Of a DNA stretch of 26,535 nt, positions 1 through 11,542 are shown piece by piece (within the stretch, counting starts at the first letter, position 1; each line of letters begins with the position of its first letter). The notes beneath the pieces are model-generated. The model had not been told where the DNA came from. It searched no databases and saw only the letters and a list, made by a program, of their open reading frames with translations. Origin of the DNA: Azolla caroliniana (Eukaryota; Plantae; Polypodiophyta); contig JBHGNT010000424.1 of the NCBI GenBank assembly GCA_043228905.1, positions 1-26,535 of the forward strand, given 5' to 3'. The position numbers and the translations under genes are program-made.

Positions 1-547
1 TGCGGCTCAGATTGCGGAAAGAATTGAATGCTGGAATTTCGAAATTCCGTTGGTAAAATTCAGAAGGATCATGCAAGAAGGCAATATCATCTTCTGGCCA
101 TAATCTGCGAATCCAGCAAAGCAAAGCAAAGCAGCACTTTTCTTTTCACTTTAAACCGAGCCGGCGGCAATCTTGATGAATCACTGGCAAGAAGATGCTT
201 TGCACTTTTCTTTCCACTTTAAAGCAGCAATCTTTGAACTCGGAAATGGCACTTTTCCCTGCAAGCCTGAAACGCACGCCTTCCCCAAAAGAAAAGCGGA
301 ACCACCTAACGAGTATTTTAAACAGCAAGCATGATGAACCGGCATGTTCATCAAACCAAACAGGTTCTTCATGCATGCATGAAGGCCTTCATGATGATGA
401 AAACCGCTTCATTGGAATGTCACCGTCTCATTGACAACACGAATGATAACGAATTGACAATATGAATAGTCACGTTAGTTTCCCATTCTTAAGCATGGAT
501 TATTATACAATAATCTTCATTTGCTTTTTTACTGTTGACAACATGTA

Positions 548-621
548 GTGCGGGGGCAGGGTTTGAACCCGCAGTCTTCAGGTCATGAGCCTGACGAGTT
601 GGCCATTTACTCCACCCCGCA
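548..621 (-). tRNA. trnfM: tRNA-fMet (CAU), native mitochondrial type
   Basis: Reverse complement TGCGGGG TG GAGT AAATGGCCA ACTC G TCAGG CTCATGA CCTGA AGACT GCGGG TTCAAAC CCTGC CCCCGCA C folds as a cloverleaf and resembles plant mitochondrial trnfM. Confidence 0.92.
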
Positions 622-993
622 AGCAAGCAAGCAATTGATCTCTCTCTAGCGAATCGGAATTTATTTTAGAAAAAAAGAAGCCAGAAAATAGATTGCCATA
701 GCCATGGGTTCAAACCTTTCCCCGAAGCTGCCGGCCGAAATCAACCGTTGCCAGTCGTTGTGTCCAACGAAGCTACGCGTAATGACTGTCCCTACCAAAA
801 GACAAACAAACAAAGCATTTCTATAGGAGGTAACTGGGCCAATTCCCGCAAACCACCTATAGGTTAGGTGGCGGTGATCTATCGGCTTGTTCAATTCCCG
901 CCGTTATCCGCTCACCCGCCTAACGCTCCTACAAACAAAAGGGAGGGTCTCCTTAGTAATTACGTGAGGGGGCCTCCTTCCCCATCTCTTGAA

Positions 994-2180
<1,187 letters not shown>

Positions 2181-2262
2181 ATAGAGTCAAGCTTCTGCCG
2201 AGGAGAAGTGATCGTAGTTGTGCTCTCCGAACCGTGCGGAATAGTCGCCCATTACACGGCTC
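2181..2262 (-). ncRNA. 3' end of group II intron atp1i361g2 (domains V and VI)
   Basis: Domain V is 34 nt, GAGCCGTGTAATGGGCGACTATTCCGCACGGTTC (2262-2229), with the AGC triad and a GCGA tetraloop. Domain VI has a bulged A at -7 and ends ...TTGACTCTAT, abutting the exon in phase 1 (G|CT, the Ala after DGKG). Upstream extent unknown. Confidence 0.93.
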
Positions 2263-3671
2263 TCTAACTTGACTTTATCTGGGTCTTGTTTAACCCCAGA
2301 GGCCGAAAGGAGGGTGGAAACTTCCTCACAAGTTCCCTCCTCCTTTCCTCCTTGGGGACCCACTTTGTGATTTCCTGAAGTCCACTCTCTCCTGGAGTTT
2401 GCAGAGAGGAAAATGGCTTTTCAGTTAAGTCAGGTAAAACTTGCTTGCCTTTTCGCCGAAAAAGCAATAGAAAAAAGTTATGAATACAAGAAAGAAGAAA
2501 CCGCAACCGCAGCCCTGGATGATTCTTCCTGAAGTAAGTTCTAAAGAATGCCCTAACCAGATTGATTTATCCATTTCACGTAATTCGGTCGGTTACGTGT
2601 TTTTCATAGCACCTTTCATGTCGTGCCACATAAAGATGGATTACCTAAAATCAGTTGAATTCCTAAATCATGAAAACAACTTTCACACGACGGCATCAAA
2701 CGGGGCAAATCATCCATCTAGGAAGAACAGGATGTGGTTCCCAAAGAATGCTTTGACACCAGTGTTTCCTTCCTGTACTCCAGTGTTTTCGGAGCATCCT
2801 AATGGTTACACAAAATGGTCAAAACCTTAAAGACTTTGGGATTATTAGAAACGAATACTTCCCACACGTGTTCTCTAGGAGAGATTAGTCTCCCGCGAGT
2901 GCCTAAAGAATAGACAATCGACACTTTCTTTTTCAACGAAGGGAGTCCTTCACATTCCCATAGCCCTTTCTCTCTAGCTTTCTCTTGCTATACCGTCGCC
3001 GTTGCTGTTCTCAACCCTTTCATAATGTTACGCGGGCAGGAGAGCACTGAGGTAAAGTAACGGACGAGGGGGCACTATGATGGGTGGAAGGGGCGGGCCG
3101 GTGATTTTCAAGAGCGGATACCTATCCCTAAACAAGGCACAAACCTTATCGACATACAGGTTCCTACTTGCTTGAAGGCCTATTAGCACAACTTTGTTGA
3201 AGATCGCCCAAAGTAGTACCTTCCTATAAATGTCAACGTCCAGTGTTCGCTCAACAATGTTATCCCTAGAATCCTCGAAAATTCATTGTCAGAAGCCCGG
3301 AAGACCCCTTGTAAGAACAGGAACCTGCCTTAGGCAAGCTACCACTTCACTTGGCCGGCAAGCTACCTGAATCTGCCGGTTCTTCGTAATGAGGAGAGGC
3401 CGGATCTCGATTCGTGCACTTTCCTATTGCCAGGTGGCTTCCTGGCCCTACCACTTTTGTTTTCAAAGGTGCTAGTTTTTTGTTTGTTTTGTTTTTTTGG
3501 CTGGCGCTTCAGTCATGAAATGAGTAACGAATAATAATAATATTCCGGCTGCGCGCTGTACTTTTCACTAACGCTTTTCGATGAAGCGGTTCATCGTGGC
3601 ATGACTCGCCGCTTTCATTAACAGAATGGCTTTCTGCTGCTGCATAGGAGCGCGAAAGCAGCACCCATGTT

Positions 3672-3719
3672 GGCTGGGCTGGGCTGGGCTGGGCTGGGCT
3701 GGCGAAGTCTCAACACCCG

Positions 3720-3754
<35 letters not shown>
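3672..3754. repeat. Adjacent microsatellites (GGCTG)n and (CGTG)n
   Basis: Directly visible at 3672-3703 and 3718-3754. Confidence 0.95.
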
Positions 3755-4092
3755 CCTCTATGAGCTGCAAGTACCTACCCGCATAATTTCCTTTAAGAGA
3801 CCCTATTACATGACTAGGTCATTCCTTAACAGTGTGTGGAAGGTTAGAGAACCATCCACGAGGACCAGCCCGAAAAGAAAAGCTGCCTCCTGAACAAGTC
3901 ACCTATAGCGTTGACGTGGACAAGCCCGGGATGCGCCCTCAGAGGCTGACCTGCGGCCGGCGGAAGAAGCGGAAAACCGCTCTTCTTTTCTTTGGCACTC
4001 TGGATCCACCTGCTAAACAAGCGGTGCTCCAGAAACCAGCAAATCGCCTACCAAAGATAGACAGGGAAAGCGTGTTCTGAAAGCAGCAGGCA

Positions 4093-4166
4093 GCACCGAT
4101 AGCTCAATCGGATAGAGTACCTGGCTTCGAACCAGGTGGTTAGAGGTTCAAGTCCCCTTCGGTGCA
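4093..4166 (+). tRNA. trnR: tRNA-Arg (UCG), chlamydial-like
   Basis: GCACCGA TA GCTC AATCGGATA GAGT A CCTGG CTTCGAA CCAGG TGGTT AGAGG TTCAAGT CCCCT TCGGTGC A; anticodon TCG at 4127-4129. Confidence 0.93.
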
Positions 4167-4619
4167 CACAAACCTTCCTTGAATGTTTCATAGAACGGTG
4201 TTGTTCTCCGGGAATTCTCGGTCGGCATGTTGGAGTGTCGGAGCCAAACCTTAATCTCATTTAAGTGGTATGGCGCTGCTAGATGACATTTGGTTCATTA
4301 TCTTCTTCATACATAGAGGTAGGCAATTTCAGGCGCTACAACCCTACCTTAACCGGGCCACTTCACGTTTGGTTATTATTAACGTGAGAAATCGATAGGA
4401 CCAAGTAAATTAGCGTACCATTGGTTTGCTGCTTTCTTTGAGGTCCTTTCCAATTCGTTTCTGCAAACTCCTTTCTTTTCACCTAGTGAGAGGAAAGTGC
4501 CTTAAGAAGGCATTTCAAGACGAAAGTAGGTTGGTTGTGAGCAGCTGACTATATGCGCCCCTCGCACACTGTCTTAGCATAAACTGCGGGACGGGATTCA
4601 TCAAATAAATAGGGGCGGC

Positions 4620-4814
4620 GGCCCGGCCCGGCCCGGCCCGGCCCGGCCGGATGAAGCCGGCCAAAAGGCAGGCACAAGCCAAAGAACGACGATATCGGCC
4701 TTCATGCTTGCTTGCTTGCTTGCTTGCTTGCTGCCGTTGTATATCACCGCATGAAGGCCTAGAAATCCACATGAAGCAAGCACGATGAACCGCTTCTTCC
4801 GCATGAACCGCCTT

Positions 4815-4846
<32 letters not shown>
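4620..4846. repeat. Microsatellite cluster (GGCCC)n and two (GCTT)n tracts with ATGAA-motif repeats
   Basis: Visible at about 4620-4647, 4705-4732 and 4815-4846. Confidence 0.93.
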
Positions 4847-4920
4847 ATGAAGCCGCACGGTTCAACGCCAAGGAATAAAGGCAAAGTAACCGGCCGGCTC
4901 GTAAGTAATTATTTAATTTC

Positions 4921-4993
4921 AGGAGAATAGTTCCAATGGTAGAACAATGGTCTCCAAAACCAAAGGTTAAGGGTTCGAATCCCTTTTCTCCTG
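4921..4993 (+). tRNA. trnW: tRNA-Trp (CCA), native mitochondrial type
   Basis: AGGAGAA TA GTTC CAATGGTA GAAC A ATGGT CTCCAAA ACCAA AGGTT AAGGG TTCGAAT CCCTT TTCTCCT G. Confidence 0.95.
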
Positions 4994-5747
4994 ATTACCT
5001 GGCTTGGTACGAAGAGGTTGCGGGTCTCTTTACCTTGTTTTATCACCGGAATAGTCGAGACGACCTAGAATAGGCCTCTCTCCAAGTCCATACATGTCTA
5101 TTGCCAGGGTTCTTCCTCATCCATAATACTCTGCTTTCCAGATCTCGAGGATGTTGGAGTAGAACAGGCGGCATATAATTCAAAAGAACCATCGGTATCA
5201 GTACCGATGCCGTACATGGTACTATTATGTATGTATGTATGTTAGGATACGCATCAGAGTAAAATGACGTAGCTTCGCCACTATCTAGTTGGATTTCCAT
5301 TGAAACATTACCAAATTAGATTTTCCGCACCTATTTCTTTCAGAACAGCTAGCCAAGTCAGACCTTGGGCCTATCTCTATAGGTTGGTTTTTCAGATCCC
5401 ATCACTCCAGGCTCAGTCGATCTTGGATCTTGCTCAATAGATCATATCTTTGGTATCTCACTGCCTGCGGTTCATCGCTGAAGGCGTTTGTTTAACTGTC
5501 TGTGCGGGGTCCATCGCTTCGCCTAGTCCTTGCACATGGTAGCACTTGGTTGCACTCATTCCTTCTTCGCATGGCTTAATGCATGCAAGAAGTATCCGTT
5601 CCGTAAAGGCAACGTTTCTCCAAGAAAGAAGAGCGAGGCATGCGGCGTTGCCGATGAAAGGCGGCGATGCCTTCCAAGCCGAGTGAGAAGAATGACTCAG
5701 ACAAGAAGGCTATGAATGAGCAATGCTTTGAATGCCGCCTTAGGATC

Positions 5748-5819
5748 CTGGAGTAAAAGGATTCGAACCTTTGCGTGTCGGTATCAAAAACCGATGCCTT
5801 ACCGCTTGGCTATACTCCA
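5748..5819 (-). tRNA. trnQ: tRNA-Gln (UUG)
   Basis: Reverse complement TGGAGTATAGCCAAGCGGTAAGGCATCGGTTTTTGATACCGACACGCAAAGGTTCGAATCCTTTTACTCCAG folds as a cloverleaf with anticodon TTG. Confidence 0.95.
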
Positions 5820-5922
5820 TACAGTGGTAACCAAGGAAGAGAAGCAAAGCTCAGAGAACGGAATTTGCTTGCTGGGCGCAGCAAAGTAGTGAAAGACTGG
5901 CGAGTTAGGTATGGCAAGTAAA

Positions 5923-5996
5923 TAGGCTTAGTAGGGCTCGAACCTACAATATTACCGTTATGAGCGGTACGTTTCAACCAATTAAACTATAAGCCC
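5923..5996 (-). tRNA. trnI: tRNA-Ile (CAU, lysidine type)
   Basis: Reverse complement GGGCTTATAGTTTAATTGGTTGAAACGTACCGCTCATAACGGTAATATTGTAGGTTCGAGCCCTACTAAGCCTA; near-identical to plant mitochondrial trnI-CAU as recalled. Confidence 0.9.
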
Positions 5997-7558
5997 ACTG
6001 CTGGCTGGCTGGCTGGCTGTTAGCCCTCTCAAGTAATGGAGTCGATGGATCTGTTGAGGGCAAAGCAGCCATATTTTTCTCCTTGAAAGATTAAGGACAT
6101 AAACTTTTCAAATAGCTACACCTGGTTCTGGACCGATTGATGTGGATACAGAAGAGCAGGATGTGCTACCCATCATGGATAGCATAGTTCGAGCAACACT
6201 GAACTGAAAGGTATGACTGAAGTGTAATCGTTTTGTTGGCAGGCAAATAGACGACATATTCCTAGGGGGTTTTTTACCGATGCAGCACGCACGAAAAAAT
6301 CGACTCGACTTTTCTTCGATGATTTAGACAGAGATTTCACCACCTACCACGAGTGGAATGGCAAGGTTCTGCCAGGACACCCAGCGGCAAGACAACCGTG
6401 AAAGGAAAGGCAGGGCCAAAGGATTATCATCCATCTCAGCCAGCGCGGAAAGAAAAGAAAAGAAGAGCTCTGCTTGCTCTTTTTGACAATAATTTCGCTA
6501 CTCCAGTCATGGGCAGCATTATTACATGCATAGGGCGGACCCGAGCTCTTTTCGCTGCAGTTTTCCCTACGGCTTTCCTCCCCTCCTTTGGAAGTGTCAG
6601 CTAACTCCTGGAATCCCCCTTTCCCTCCTTCTAAGAAAACCATGCTCGGTTAGATCAGTGTGGACTGATGTTTCGTTCCACTGCTGCTGGAAAAGCCGCC
6701 AAATTCGTCACTGACTGGAGAGCGGGAACGACTCACTATCTCGTCTTATTCTCAGAGGCGAGAATGCTCTCAAATGGCTAACGGTGCTTTCAACTAAAGT
6801 TCCATTTCTTAACACAGCGAGGCTTATACTGTTTATTCGTACGACAATGCGCGACGCTCCACTATCCCATTGAAAAAGGATTCCGCAATCATTTACGTAC
6901 TTAAACGCAGACTGAGTAATAGTAATTCATGCCATTCCTCGGGCTCAGACCACAGAGCTTCCTAGGAACTGGGAAAATGCTATAAATCTGTTTAAATAGC
7001 TTCGCTTTTTGCCCTAAAAGTCGCTCTGAAAATGTCACTTAGAGTGTTTTGACTAAGGGAAACAAAACCCACTAGACGAACAGCTACTAATATTTCCTCA
7101 TTATATATTATTATTCATTCCAAACTCAAAACGCTAGAAATTGAAATAGCAAATAAAATCAATTCGCGCGTAAATCGTACTTATATTCTGTTGCTCTTCC
7201 TTGTCTGTTCTCGATATTCATGGCAGTTTCTTGGCCTTCATGCAGGCAAGCAAAAGGGCGGGCGCCACCAGCATGCATTTCTGGACTCGTGCCCGAAGAA
7301 AAGAAGCGGGCGGTAAGAAGCGGTTTTCATCATCCGGCGGGAGTGAAAAGAAAAGTTAGGTCGGGAGGTAGTGCACGCTCGCTGGTCCTGATATCAAAAT
7401 TCTCGCCTTCGTGCCGTGTGTGTCTGGTTTCAATGAATTCCGCATGAAGGGGTGCGTGCGCGCAGGCAACAAGCCTGCCCTGGCAATTCCGGCCATAATC
7501 TGCGTGCGGTTTTCATCATCATGAAGGCCTTCATGATGAAAAAGGGGTTGGCGGGTTT

Positions 7559-7616
7559 GATGAACCGGTTGGTTTTCATCCGGATGAACCGGTTGGTTTT
7601 CATCCGGATGAACCGG
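7559..7616. repeat. 24-bp tandem repeat (about 2.4 copies) with hairpin units
   Basis: GATGAACCGGTTGGTTTTCATCCG twice, then GATGAACCGG; each unit has GATGAA...TTCATC arms. Confidence 0.9.
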
Positions 7617-7728
7617 CGGGTTAGCTTGCCCGTGAGGGCAGGCAGCTCTTTGTCCGCACGTATGTCGCCCGGGGAACCGGGCGGGGGATCTGCTGGATTT
7701 CTATCTAATGTGCCAATCTGTATACGAA

Positions 7729-7801
7729 TGGAGACGATCGGACTTGAACCGATAACTTCATACTTGCAAAACATGCGTTCTACCGATTGAACTACGCCCC
7801 C
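7729..7801 (-). tRNA. trnA: tRNA-Ala (UGC)
   Basis: Reverse complement GGGGGCG TA GTTC AATCGGTA GAAC G CATGT TTTGCAA GTATG AAGTT ATCGG TTCAAGT CCGAT CGTCTCC A; the G3:U70 alanine identity pair is present. Confidence 0.93.
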
Positions 7802-7841
7802 ATCCTCGTTCCATATGCAACACGTATCATATGGGCAAACA

Positions 7842-7842
<1 letters not shown>

Positions 7843-7886
<44 letters not shown>

Positions 7887-7936
7887 GCGGGAGGAGCTAT
7901 TGTTTATACGTGCGTGCGTGCGTGCGTGCGTGCGTG
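7843..7936. repeat. Microsatellites (GCTT)n and (CGTG)n
   Basis: Visible at about 7843-7886 and 7909-7936. Confidence 0.95.
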
Positions 7937-8399
7937 CCCCCCTTTCTTCTTTTTACAGAGTTTAGGCTTTATCTAAGACATCCCGTCCTGTCGAAACTAT
8001 GTCATACATAAAGGTGTGTCGTTGGCAGGTTCACTTTTGGTTTACCACTTCGATCGTATCGGCGCTAGAGAGAAGTCGCTTTCTCGAGAGCCGGCTACCT
8101 CATCATCTTGAAACTTCATTCCGCTCCTCTGGCCGCCTTACCCTGTTCTCTGCAAGAACCCCAAGGAGACGGGTTGTTGATTGCGCTTGCTTGATTGGCA
8201 CCTCTAGTACGACACATCTTTCAGAATACGAGCGAATGCTCGGATCAGTAGATTCGAGCTCCTTATTCAGGAGTTGAGAAGTACGCAGGGCGGGCCTGCC
8301 GCTCGGCTATGACCTCGTTTCTTGAGCTAGAGGGGAATTTCACGAAATGGGTTGGCAAGAGCAGCAGACAGCAACTCGTATCACTCTCGTAATTCAGAG

Positions 8400-8467
8400 A
8401 AGAGAAAATGGGATTCGAACCCTCAACTTTTGCTCTTAGAGATCATTATTCCGGGAACCACTCTCCC
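8400..8467 (-). pseudogene. Degenerate trnW paralogue with CTA anticodon
   Basis: Reverse complement GGGAGAG TG GTTC CCG GAAT A ATGAT CTCTAAG AGCAA AAGTT GAGGG TTCGAAT CCCAT TTTCTCT T aligns arm by arm with trnW at 4921-4993. The D-loop is shortened and the stems carry mismatches. Confidence 0.75.
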
Positions 8468-9374
8468 AAACTAAATAGTTATTTCCCTACGTAGGAAAGT
8501 TCCAATGCGGGGTCTGGATCCAGTCGAGGCGCCGAGAGCCGCAGGCGTACCGCGTATTCTATTTACCAGTTTCTCCGGAAGGTCATGTCTGGGAACTTTG
8601 ACTTGATAGTGTAGTGTGACGAGGCGAGAATTCTCGCTTTCCAAGAGAGAGTTGGTCAAACCCAACCCTAATTGCTCGGATAGCAACCAATGCACATTGC
8701 TGAGTGATAAGGTGGTTTTCCATGCTTGCTGCGAAGAGGCTTGCTTTCCTGAAAAAGCCGCTGTATACAGTGATTCTCAGACCACGCAGTATCAAAAGCT
8801 CTATCAGATATGTATAAGAAGACCCTGTTTGAGTCATTGGGTCATCCGCTGGTTCATCCTGAGTTCCTGTTCAAGAACCTTATAGCGGAGCTATATTCTC
8901 ACTGTACGACAATAGAACCCTAGCGCTACTAAAGACCATCAAGGTGGTAGATGACATTAAGATGCAGTATAGTATTATGCGGGTACATCGAAACAGCAGC
9001 AGAGCCAAGGGAGTATCTTGAAAAGCAGCTGGGCTTCAAGGCCCCTAAAGAAGAGATATATAACGCGTATCATTGGGTGCCGCAAGAAAAGAAAAGAAAA
9101 GAAAAGAAGGGGATCCTATTCCTTCCTGTTGAGCACTCCTTTTTCTTGAAGAAGTGGAAAGAGAGGTTGTCCCCCCATTGTAGGAGCGAAGAAAGCTAGT
9201 AATTTTCACGCACGAAGGAAAGTCCTAGTAGATCACTACAATGTCGTAGTGACATCTTTGTGTGGGTTTGTAATCGATAAAGTGTACGGTAATTTCGATT
9301 ACTTTAAACAAGCCATAAATCTTAAGATGAAACAGTGCTGCTTTCAAATTACATGTAGCGACGACAGAGCCGCT

Positions 9375-9409
9375 GGAGAGGAGAGGAGAGGAGAGGAGAG
9401 GAGAGGAGA
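9375..9409. repeat. (GGAGA)n microsatellite
   Basis: Directly visible. Confidence 0.95.
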
Positions 9410-10376
9410 AAACTATGCGTTGACATAAATTAGAAATCACTATTAAAATATTTTCGTGGTCTTAGGAAAAAGAATGAAGGTAAACGAAAAAAGCCTCAGT
9501 GGGATCCTCATCTTTGGCGGATTTGACGGGACCATCATCTTCGCCCCCAGCGGGCCGGGCGGCACCACCGTCTTCAGGGAACGCGCTTCCTCACTAACAG
9601 ACAACTCACCCCTAACAGTACAGTAGACGACTCTAACCCTGCAGACCATTCTTCCCCTGCAACAAATGGCTCTACCTCAGCAAGCAACAGAGACGGGAGA
9701 AAAAAAGTACACAATGTCGGGTTCCTGCCTACTCTACTGCAGTTTTCGGTCAGCCTTATAGCGAAGCCCGTATGATGGGCTTCGGCAAATCCGCCAAAGC
9801 AATAATATATGGTATGCATATTGACAAGTGGTATTACTTATTGATTATAGCCCCGCTTGACCGATGGGACGCGGGCGGTTAGGAGTGAAGGTCTATAACA
9901 CAAACGATCTTATCTCTCACATTACAGATGTATACCAGCGCTATTACCATGCGATAACTACGAATAGCGCTTTTTTGTTGAGCCTCGCCGCTGCAATACT
10001 GATAGCATCTACTGGCTGTTCTTCTATCAAATACCCTCCTATCGTCCGCCCTGCAAATAGGAAAATTACTACCGCGAATTTTTTATTATTTAAGAATCGG
10101 GAAAACGTAAGTAACTGGAGCGTTCAATCACAAGAACAAATCTTCATGCCGAAAAGCGGAGCGAAACTGATGGATGATCACCATCACTTCGTCTAGGACC
10201 ACCAACTAGTAGTGCCCAAGAAGAAGCGGTGAAATGGACGGACTTGAACGACGCTATGAGCCCCTAACAAACTGTTATAAATATCAAGAACAGACCTCGT
10301 GTTGGCAAAGAAAGCCAACGCAAGTCCCTCTAATGGATGCTAGGGCATTCTCGCCCCTCGAATCAAAGCCAACAGA

Positions 10377-10772
10377 ATGTAAATTGATTGACCGTTACTA
10401 CTTCATATTACCATTCATAAGCCATAGCTTACTTTGACCCTCCCTATCTTCTATAGAATTCCCGGGGCTTTCCTAGCCACTGTGTTGTTTGTTGGTATCT
10501 TTCCCTTGAAGGTTGGTCATCTCAGCCTCACTTTCGAGAATCGTTACTAATGCGCTTTCTTTATTGTAAACTACTCTTATTGGTTTGTTCCGGGCTTAGT
10601 CAATTTTGCTTTCTTAGCTTTGTCTTATTACATGAGTAATGGGGTTTGCCACTTATGGTGGGATTCGGGTCTTGTTCTAGATCTATCTTAAGTGTATACT
10701 TTCGGAATCCCGATGTTATTTCGTGCCGCTTTTTTGGCCTTCCTGAAGCCTATCCGATTTTCTTTATCGTGA
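10377..10772 (+). CDS. sdh3: Succinate dehydrogenase cytochrome b560 subunit; needs RNA editing
   Basis: ATG TAA ATT GAT TGA CCG TTA CTA CTT CAT ATT ACC ATT CAT AAG CCA TAG CTT ACT reads M Q I D R P L S P H I T I Y K P Q L T after editing. It continues ...IF(H)RI(S)GAFLAT ... LALSY(H)MSNGV(R)HLWWD. Five internal stops, no frameshift, 131 codons; the stop position is inferred. Confidence 0.92.
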
Positions 10773-10950
10773 GCACGGGGAGCGAGCCAACTCCCTTCCC
10801 TCGGGCGACATTCGTTCGAGACATCAATCATTTCGGCGAACTAAACCTAGTTGTTAAAGCGAGACTGGCAAGTGGTTGGGGGCATGAATTCTTTGTTCCG
10901 CATAAAGAAATTCCAAGGACGGATCAAATGCCAGGAAACAAATCCTGAGT

Positions 10951-10978
10951 TTGCTTGCTTGCTTGCTTGCTTGCTTGC
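10951..10978. repeat. (TTGC)7 microsatellite
   Basis: Directly visible. Confidence 0.95.
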
Positions 10979-11542
10979 GGGGAAATCACAAAGAAGTTCC
11001 GGGACGCGGGCGGCAAAAACCCAGAGACCTTGCAAGCAACACTGCTCGCCCGTAGCAATGCTCGCCTTAGCCATTATCGCCCGCCGAATTACACTTTTCA
11101 AAGCTCGCTCTAGCCATTTCTCTGCTGCTTTCCGGCATTGCCGAAAATGATTGAAATGAAAGGGAAGGGAATTGGCCGAGCAAATGAGACTAGCAGAAAG
11201 GCGAGACCGAGTGCTTTTCTTTTACAAAACAACAAAAAGCTATAAATACAAGAAAAGAAATAAATCTCACGAACACACAGGAATGGAACGCTTTCTTTTT
11301 TTGTTTGAGCGGTTCGACTCAGATAGATACATTCTGATAGAAGTAGACGGAAACCCAATCGACAAAGGGAAGTGGTTTATCGACAGGAAGACTGTCGATA
11401 AACTGGAAGAAGACAGATGGTTTTTCTAGCTGAAAACTATCTATCACGCCGCACGTTGGGGTCAAGTTTTTTATGGAAGATCACTATCTGTATATTACGG
11501 TAGTAATACACGAATACTGAACAAAACCGATTAATCAGTCAG

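Noticed and set aside
2263-4092. 5' half of the atp1 intron (domains I-IV) or a maturase
   Set aside because: No exon-GTGCG junction or reverse transcriptase motif recognised; the GTGCG-like hits there belong to the (CGTG)n microsatellite and are on the wrong strand.
4515-4871. ORFs with KQAS/ACLL/GPGRA repeats (also 7430-8011 and 10847-11150)
   Set aside because: They are translations of microsatellites and tandem repeats.
4900-4908. CGTAAGTAA as a CRTA-type promoter before trnW
   Set aside because: Too short, and the angiosperm consensus is not established for ferns.
7559-7616. CRISPR-like array
   Set aside because: The repeats are contiguous with no unique spacers, there are no cas genes, and the context is organellar.
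11172-11429. 85-aa ORF between sdh3 and tatC as sdh4 or another gene
   Set aside because: Hydrophilic, lacks the WxxQRxTA motif, and shows no editing signature.
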